Source: Elusimicrobiota bacterium (lineage in GTDB: Bacteria; Elusimicrobiota; Elusimicrobia; UBA1565). Taken from it: a DNA stretch of 22,159 nucleotides. The translations under genes and the position numbers were made by a program. The DNA lies in NCBI GenBank assembly GCA_043819795.1, contig JBDREN010000011.1, positions 1 to 22,159 on the forward strand, in the 5' to 3' direction. The notes below the pieces were generated by a model. The model made no database searches. It was not told the DNA's origin and saw nothing but the letters and a program-made list of their open reading frames with translations. Each line of letters begins with the position of its first letter. Within the stretch, counting starts at the first letter, position 1. Shown in pieces: positions 16,379 through 22,159 of this stretch.

Positions 16379-16549
16379 CGTAGTGTCCCATAGTCGTACA
16401 TGAAACGGGCCCGGAACAGCATGCCGTTCGCGAAAACGCAATATAATCGACTTCCAGCATCGGGCACTTGCCGAATTCTTGCTTTTATTGCGTCTTTGGC
16501 CGTTCGTGTACGGGGCCATAGGCCCCGTGTACGACTCTGGGACACTATT
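16379..16549. mobile_element. 171-bp MITE-like non-autonomous element with 8-bp target-site duplication
   Basis: Inverted repeats TAGTGTCCCATAGTCGTACA (16381-16400) and TGTACGACTCTGGGACACTA (16528-16547) match 19/20. Each is 2 nt from a direct repeat AAACTTTT (16371-16378, 16550-16557). The interior is AT-richer than the flanks. Confidence 0.75.
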
Positions 16550-16603
16550 AAACTTTTGGAGGCGTTTCCGGGGAGCGGTCCCATAAAGAGATCGTCGCGA
16601 GGC

Positions 16604-18682
16604 ATGATGCGAGCGGCCGAGACGTGGCCGCCGCGGTTCGGGCCCTGGCCCGTCCTGGCCTGCGTGGCGTGCGTCCTGCTCGCCGTGGTCTTCGGGGGCC
16701 ATATCGTCCGCGCCCCGGGCCTGCTCGTCGACACGGCCGGCGCCATGTTCCCGCCGTTCTGGCGGATGACGGGCGCGGCGGGGGCGTCGCACCTCGAGCG
16801 CCTGCTTCTGCTGGCCTGGCTGACGGCCCTGGCCGTGGGATGGGGCGGTCTCGTGCTGCGGCGCGTCGGCCCGGAGCTGGAGCGCGGATGCGAAGCCTGG
16901 GCCTTCCGGTTCGCGGCCGGGGCCGGCTTCGGGGCCTATATCTTCCTGCTCGCCGGGATGGCGGGGCTGCTGCGCCCCGGACCGCTTTTCGTCCTGCTCG
17001 GGCTCGGGACTTTGGGGGCGGGCTACTCCTTTTGGCGGGACTTCAAGCGCGCGGGCACGCCGGCGGGAGCGTCCGTGCGCATGCGCTCGCCGATGGTCTG
17101 GGCGAGCCTGCTGATCGTATTCCTGGCCGCCGCCGCCACGCTTCCGTACGCTCTCACGCCCGAGACCTTCTACGACGCGCTGACCTATCATCTAGAATTG
17201 CCGCAGCTGTATTTGCTCAACCAGCGGATCATCCCCACCCCCCGCAACGTCTTCTCGGGGGTCCCGTCCGTTCCGCAGATGCTCTACGGCTGGACCCTGG
17301 CCCTGGAGCCGGGCGGTTCGCTGGCTCGCTTGCTGCACTGGAGCTTCCTGGCCTGGGTCGCCCTGGCCTGCGCGGGGATGTGCCGCCGGTTGGGCCGTCC
17401 CGAGGCCGGGCCGCTCGCGGCGGCGCTGCTCTGCTCGGCGCCGGTGGTCCTGGTGGAGAGCTACCGGACATCGGTCGGCCTGGAGCTGGCGCTCTTCCAG
17501 TTCCTCTCGCTGCATGCCTTCCTGGCGGCCGTCGCCGAGCCCGCCGGCAGGGAGAGGGATCGCTGGCTGCTGTTGTGCGGCCTTTGCGCGGGACTGGCCC
17601 TTTCCTCGAAATACACGTCCTGGATCTATCCCGCGGCCTTTTGGGGGGCGTTCGTCTACCTGAGGTGGGACAAGCCCGCGCATCGGCTATCGGGCCGGGA
17701 TCTCATCCGCCTGTCGGCGCCGGCCTTGATCGTGCTCCTGCCGTGGATCGTCAAGAACGCCGTTTTCTACGGCAACCCGGTCTACCCATTCTTTCATGGC
17801 TGGATGGCCCCTCCGGACGCGGTCCAGCCGGGACTGGGCGCCATGGCGACGGCTTCCCGGGAGTGGTCGCGGATCCTGGGTTCCCCGGGGGGGCTCCGGG
17901 AGCTGTTGCTGTCTCCGTGGGATTTCACGGTCTCGCCGTCCGACGTGGGCAAGTCGATCGGGCCCGCGTTCCTCGGGCTCGCGCCCCTGCTCGTCCTGGT
18001 CCGCATGCCGGCGCGGGCGAGGCTTCTGACGGTCCTGGCGCTCGGCTGCGCGGTCCCCTTGGCGCTCATCGTGAACCACCCGCGATTTCTCATACAGCAT
18101 CTGGCGCCGTTCTGCGTGCTCTACGCCCTTTGCCTGGCCTCCTTGCCCCAGCGCTGGCTGAAGAACGTCCTGCTCGCCGCCAGCCTCGGGGCCTGCGCGG
18201 GAAGCTGGGTCGTGTACGCCTCGGTCCATCCGCGCAAGGAGGTATGGCCGGTGCTCCTGGGCCGGATGTCCGTCTCCGAGTTCCTCGGCCACACTAGGCA
18301 CGAGTATCCGGACCCGCCCTACGCCGCCTACGAGTACCTGAACCGGAACGCCCCTCCGGACGCCGCCGTCTTGATCGTGGGAGATTCCCGCGGCTTCCAC
18401 TTGAGAAGGAAACACTGGCTCGCGACGGTGGACGAGCCCGCGCACATCGAGCTCTGGGCCGACCGCAGCCCGGACGTGGCGGCGCTGCGCGGGGAGTTCG
18501 ACCGGAGAGGCATCCGATACGTCGTGGTCAACCACGGCGAGATGGCGCGCCTCGGACGGAGCATGCGCTTCACTCCGGAAGGGCGGAGCGTGGCCGATGC
18601 GTTCATGGCCCGGCAGACGCGCAAGGTGTTCGAGGCGGCCGATCCCCGCGATCGCGGGGTCGCCGTCTATGAGCTTCGGTAG
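16604..18682 (+). CDS. Polytopic membrane protein, GT-C/glycosyltransferase family 39-like
   Basis: Many TM segments; PETFYDALTYHLELP, GLALSSKYT, PWIVKNAVFYGNPVYPFF, PRFL motifs; soluble tail AYEYLNRNAPPDAAVLIVGD...RGIRYVVVN. Start moved to ATG 16604 (or 16607), downstream of the MITE. Confidence 0.82.
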   Translation: MMRAAETWPPRFGPWPVLACVACVLLAVVFGGHIVRAPGLLVDTAGAMFPPFWRMTGAAGASHLERLLLLAWLTALAVGWGGLVLRRVGPELERGCEAWAFRFAAGAGFGAYIFLLAGMAGLLRPGPLFVLLGLGTLGAGYSFWRDFKRAGTPAGASVRMRSPMVWASLLIVFLAAAATLPYALTPETFYDALTYHLELPQLYLLNQRIIPTPRNVFSGVPSVPQMLYGWTLALEPGGSLARLLHWSFLAWVALACAGMCRRLGRPEAGPLAAALLCSAPVVLVESYRTSVGLELALFQFLSLHAFLAAVAEPAGRERDRWLLLCGLCAGLALSSKYTSWIYPAAFWGAFVYLRWDKPAHRLSGRDLIRLSAPALIVLLPWIVKNAVFYGNPVYPFFHGWMAPPDAVQPGLGAMATASREWSRILGSPGGLRELLLSPWDFTVSPSDVGKSIGPAFLGLAPLLVLVRMPARARLLTVLALGCAVPLALIVNHPRFLIQHLAPFCVLYALCLASLPQRWLKNVLLAASLGACAGSWVVYASVHPRKEVWPVLLGRMSVSEFLGHTRHEYPDPPYAAYEYLNRNAPPDAAVLIVGDSRGFHLRRKHWLATVDEPAHIELWADRSPDVAALRGEFDRRGIRYVVVNHGEMARLGRSMRFTPEGRSVADAFMARQTRKVFEAADPRDRGVAVYELR

Positions 18683-18699
18683 CGCGTGGTCTTTTTATC

Positions 18700-18705
18700 T
18701 ACAAT
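18700..18705 (+). promoter_or_regulatory. -10 element for gnd-zwf
   Basis: TACAAT in an AT-rich patch 38 nt upstream of the gnd ATG; no clear -35. Confidence 0.35.
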
Positions 18706-18743
18706 ATCCGTTCGCGCGGGAGATGCCGCGACGGAGGGACGCG

Positions 18744-19643
18744 ATGCGACTGGCTATGGTGGGGCTGGGCAAGATGGGGTTCAACATGACGCGCCGGCTG
18801 CTGCGGGGCCGCCACAAGGTGGTCGCCTTCGCGCGCACCCGCAGTTCGGTGAGCAGGGCGGTCCGGCTCGGGGCGCAAGGCGCGGGCTCCCTGGAGGAAG
18901 CGGTGAGCCTTCTGCGGCCCCCGCGGATCGTCTGGCTCATGATCCCGGCCGGAGGGCCCGTGCGCGACGCGGTCGCCCAACTGGCCGGCCTGCTCGAGCG
19001 CGGCGACGTCGTGGTGGACGGCGGCAACTCCTACTACAAGGACGACGCGGAGCATGCGCGGGTCCTCGCGGGCAAGGGCGTCCGCTTCATGGACGCCGGC
19101 GTGAGCGGGGGGGTCTGGGGGCTGAAGGTGGGCTACTGCCTGATGGTGGGCGGCGACAAGGCGGCCTATCGCAAGCTCGAGCCGCTCTTCAAGACGCTCG
19201 CTCCCAGGGACGGGTACGCCCGCGTCGGTCCCACCGGGGCGGGCCATTTCGTCAAGATGGTGCACAACGGCATCGAGTACGCCATGATGCAGGCCTACGC
19301 GGAGGGTTTCGAGCTCATGCAGGCCTCGCGCTTCGGCGTGGACCTGCACAGGGTCGCCCGCCTGTGGAACCGGGGGAGCGTGGTGCGCTCCTGGCTTCTG
19401 GAGCTGGCCGAGAGCGCTCTCCGCAAGGACCCCGGCCTGAGATCGCTGCGCGGGCACGTGCAGGACTCCGGCGAGGGGCGATGGACCGTGCTCGAAGCGG
19501 TCGAGAACGCGGTCCCGGCGCCGACCATCGCCTTGTCGCTTTTTAAGCGCTTCCGCTCCCGGCAGAAGGACCCATTCTCCGATAGGATGCTGGCCGCCCT
19601 GCGCAACGAGTTCGGCGGCCACGCCGTGACGCGCAAGCGATGA
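18744..19643 (+). CDS. gnd: 6-phosphogluconate dehydrogenase, decarboxylating (short-chain type)
   Basis: GLGKMG, VDGGNS, DAGVSGG, GHFVKMVHNGIEY, DSGEGRWT, LRNEFGGH; ATG 18744 behind GGAGGG; 299 aa. Confidence 0.96.
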   Translation: MRLAMVGLGKMGFNMTRRLLRGRHKVVAFARTRSSVSRAVRLGAQGAGSLEEAVSLLRPPRIVWLMIPAGGPVRDAVAQLAGLLERGDVVVDGGNSYYKDDAEHARVLAGKGVRFMDAGVSGGVWGLKVGYCLMVGGDKAAYRKLEPLFKTLAPRDGYARVGPTGAGHFVKMVHNGIEYAMMQAYAEGFELMQASRFGVDLHRVARLWNRGSVVRSWLLELAESALRKDPGLRSLRGHVQDSGEGRWTVLEAVENAVPAPTIALSLFKRFRSRQKDPFSDRMLAALRNEFGGHAVTRKR

Positions 19644-21082
19644 GAAAGGGGGTCACTCTCAGCGTCCGCGAGGACCTCTGCATCGAGCAGCGCCCCGATC
19701 CGTGCGGCTTGGTCATCTTCGGGGCCTCGGGAGACCTCGCCGCCCGAAAGCTCTTACCCGCTCTGTCGCATCTGGGAAAGCGGGGGCTTCTGCCCCGCTC
19801 CTTTTTCGTCGTCGGCACGGCGCGCTCGGCGATGGGTGCCAAGGAGTTCCGCCGCCGCGCCGCCGGGGTCAAGAACGCGGAGTACCTGCGGGGCGGCTAC
19901 GACGACCCCGCCGCCTACGCGTCCTTGAAGAAGCGGCTGGACGCTCTGGCGGCGCGCAACCGCACCGGGGGCAACGTGATCTTCTACCTGGCCACGCCGC
20001 CTTCGCTTTACACGGCGATCCCGGAGCGCCTCCATGAGGCGGGGCTGCTGAGGCAGGGCGGCGGGCAAGGCTGGTCCCGCGTCGTGATCGAGAAGCCTTT
20101 CGGACGCGACCTGGAGAGCGCCCGGGAGCTCGACGGGAAGCTTCGGCGGTTCCTCTCCGAAGACCAGCTCTACCGTATCGACCACTATCTCGGCAAGGAG
20201 ACGGTGCAGAACATCCTGATGTTCCGGTTCGCGAACTCCATCTTCGAGCCGGTCTGGAACCGGGAATACGTTGACCACGTGCAGATCTCCGTCATGGAGA
20301 GCCTCGGCGTGGAGCGCCGGGCCGGGTACTACGACGGCTCCGGCGTGGTCCGCGACATGTTCCAGAACCACATGATGCAGCTCCTGGCCCTGACCGCGAT
20401 GGATCCTCCGTCCAGCTTCGATCCCGACCGCGTGCGCGACGAGAAGGCGAGGGTCCTCCGCTCGCTGAGGCCGCTCGCCGACAAGGATCTGGAGGGCCGC
20501 GTCGTGCTCGGGCAGTACGACGGATACCTGAGGGAGGGTGGCGTCGCCCGCGGCTCGAAGACCCCGACCTACGCGGCCATGCGGCTCGAGCTGGAGAGCT
20601 GGCGCTGGAAGGGGGTCCCCTTCTACCTGCGTACCGGCAAGAAGACGGGCGAGCGCTCGGCGGAGATCGCGGTGCGCTTCAAGCGGGTCCCGCACTCCAT
20701 GTTCGCGCCGCTCTCGCCGGCCGATCTCTCATCGAACATGCTGGTATTCCGCATCCAGCCGGACCAAGGCATGTCCCTGACCTTCGAGGCGAAGAAGCCC
20801 GGGCCCAAGCTCTGCCTCGGGGCGCTGACCATGGACTTCGACTACGCGAAGATCTTCGGAGAGAGCCCGCCCGACGCGTACGCGCGCCTGCTGCTCGACT
20901 GCGCCCAGGGCGATCAGACCCTCTTCATCCGCCGCGACGCGGTGGACATCACCTGGCGCTTCTTCGAACCCGTGCTCCGCGCGCGGTCCTTGCCGCTGCA
21001 TCGATACCGCCCGGGCTCGGCCGGCCCGGAAGCGGCCGACCGGCTTCTGGAGGCGGACGGGAGGGCCTGGAGGTCGTCCTGA
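19640..21082 (+). CDS. zwf: Glucose-6-phosphate 1-dehydrogenase
   Basis: IFGASGDLA, EKPFG, YRIDHYLGKE, RDMFQNH, WKGVPFYLRTGK; ATGA overlap with gnd. Confidence 0.97.
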   Translation: MRKGVTLSVREDLCIEQRPDPCGLVIFGASGDLAARKLLPALSHLGKRGLLPRSFFVVGTARSAMGAKEFRRRAAGVKNAEYLRGGYDDPAAYASLKKRLDALAARNRTGGNVIFYLATPPSLYTAIPERLHEAGLLRQGGGQGWSRVVIEKPFGRDLESARELDGKLRRFLSEDQLYRIDHYLGKETVQNILMFRFANSIFEPVWNREYVDHVQISVMESLGVERRAGYYDGSGVVRDMFQNHMMQLLALTAMDPPSSFDPDRVRDEKARVLRSLRPLADKDLEGRVVLGQYDGYLREGGVARGSKTPTYAAMRLELESWRWKGVPFYLRTGKKTGERSAEIAVRFKRVPHSMFAPLSPADLSSNMLVFRIQPDQGMSLTFEAKKPGPKLCLGALTMDFDYAKIFGESPPDAYARLLLDCAQGDQTLFIRRDAVDITWRFFEPVLRARSLPLHRYRPGSAGPEAADRLLEADGRAWRSS

Positions 21083-21795
21083 CGCCGCTGAAGATCACGA
21101 AGGACTTGGTCAAAGAGGTCGGATCGCTGCGCTTCCGGCCCCCGGTGGCGTACGCCTACAACCCCCTGGTCTACGCGCGGCGTCCGCACCGGATGTACCT
21201 CGAGCGCTACGGCAAGGGCCGGCGGGAGGTCATCCTCCTCGGGATGAACCCGGGACCCTTCGGCATGGCCCAGACCGGGGTTCCGTTCGGAGAGGTGAGT
21301 CTCGTCCGGGACTGGCTCGGGATCGAGGCGCCCGTGGACAAGCCGGAGCGCGAGCATCCCAAGCGGCCGGTTGAGGGGTTCGCATGCCGCCGCAGCGAGG
21401 TCAGCGGCGCGCGCTTGTGGGGCTGGGCCCGGGACCGCTTCAAGACGCCGCGGCGGTTCTTCTCGCGCTTTCTCATCCTCAACTACTGCCCTCTGGCGTT
21501 CATGGAGGCGGGCGGCCGGAACCTCACGCCGGACAAGCTCCCGGCCGAAGAGCGCGGCCCGCTCTTCGGAGCCTGCGACCGGGCCCTGCGGCGCCTCGTC
21601 GAGCGCTACCGGCCGCGGCACGTGATCGGCATCGGAGGATTCGCCGAGAAGCGCGCGCGCGCGGCGCTCGCCGGGACCTCCGTCCGCGTGGGGACGGTGC
21701 TTCACCCGAGCCCGGCAAGCCCCCTTGCCAACCGCGGCTGGGCGCAAGCCGCCGAGGCGGGGCTTTCGGCGTCAGGCGTTAACTTTGTTAACTAG
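21079..21795 (+). CDS. SMUG1-type (family 3) uracil-DNA glycosylase
   Basis: YNPLVYA, GMNPGPFGMAQTGVPFG, RRSEVSGARLW, NYCPL, LHPSPASP motifs. Start proposed at CTG 21079; the ORF track gives TTG 21106. Confidence 0.93.
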   Translation: MTPLKITKDLVKEVGSLRFRPPVAYAYNPLVYARRPHRMYLERYGKGRREVILLGMNPGPFGMAQTGVPFGEVSLVRDWLGIEAPVDKPEREHPKRPVEGFACRRSEVSGARLWGWARDRFKTPRRFFSRFLILNYCPLAFMEAGGRNLTPDKLPAEERGPLFGACDRALRRLVERYRPRHVIGIGGFAEKRARAALAGTSVRVGTVLHPSPASPLANRGWAQAAEAGLSASGVNFVN

Positions 21796-21835
21796 ATGTC
21801 CTCGCAGGCCCGAGTTAGTTAACAAAGTTAACGCC
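21775..21835. repeat. Perfect 20-bp inverted repeat containing four GTTAAC palindromes
   Basis: GGCGTTAACTTTGTTAACTA (21775-21794), 21-nt spacer, TAGTTAACAAAGTTAACGCC (21816-21835). Confidence 0.9.
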
Positions 21836-22159
21836 GTTTCTCTGTCCTTCTTCTAAAGCGAGATTGGTCGCCGGTCCCTCCGTCGGGGGCTACCCCGTTT
21901 CCGACGCTGTTTGGCATCGAAGATAGCGCCATCAGAACGCTTTGCAGCCCCAAGCACTCCAAGAACAGGGCCCCGGTGGCACTCAGTCACCCGAAGGTTC
22001 CTGCTCCGGAGCCCAAAGCGAAATCCCTCGGGGTTAGACTGAGTGCGCTCCAAGTATATCAGACAGGCCGGGGATTCCAAGAGCAGTGTAATACTCGCGC
22101 GGGAGTGGCCTCCCTGCTCAGTTCTTCCGGCAGACGGGGAGAAAAGCCTGCCGGTCGGC

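Noticed and set aside
16400..16603. N-terminal 68 aa of the 760-aa ORF
   Set aside because: Most of it is read through the MITE-like element with atypical codons; the membrane protein plausibly starts at 16604 or 16607.
21775..21835. Interpretation of the hairpin as an integron attC or a dif site
   Set aside because: Size and AAC/GTT ends are suggestive, but the RYYYAAC/GTTRRRY boxes, unpaired central spacer and extrahelical bases are absent. There is only a loose XerD-arm resemblance and no XerC arm.
21853..22080. 75-aa minus-strand ORF
   Set aside because: No RBS, no codon bias and no recognisable motif.
1..22159. CRISPR array, tRNA or rRNA genes
   Set aside because: No regularly spaced direct repeats and no tRNA or rRNA signatures were seen in any intergenic region.

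Overview
GC-rich bacterial chromosomal window. The gene content is reminiscent of Elusimicrobiota, but that is an unverified impression. From left to right it holds: the right end of a DDE-type IS (1-171); a coupled three-gene type IV minor-pilin operon, whose first gene is an 811-aa pilin with five carboxypeptidase-regulatory-like repeats and a nested lamin-tail domain; two small membrane proteins; a PAS-GGDEF cyclase; a promoter-to-terminator ~95-nt structured RNA; an SseB/TPR protein; and a secreted coiled-coil protein. A minus-strand run follows (Nma111/Deg7-like protease, MFS/spermidine-synthase-like fusion, RluA, KamA-family radical SAM, PlsC-type acyltransferase). Next come a 171-bp MITE-like element, a GT-C-type membrane protein, gnd-zwf-SMUG1, and a perfect 20-bp AT-rich inverted repeat. 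The most notable signals are the orphan RNA and its motif shared with the kamA-like leader, the GGDEF Asp-to-Asn change at the nucleotide-specificity position, the MITE with an 8-bp target duplication, the probable CTG start of SMUG1, and the four-GTTAAC hairpin. No rRNA, tRNA or CRISPR array was seen. All family calls come from motif recognition by eye; no database search was run.
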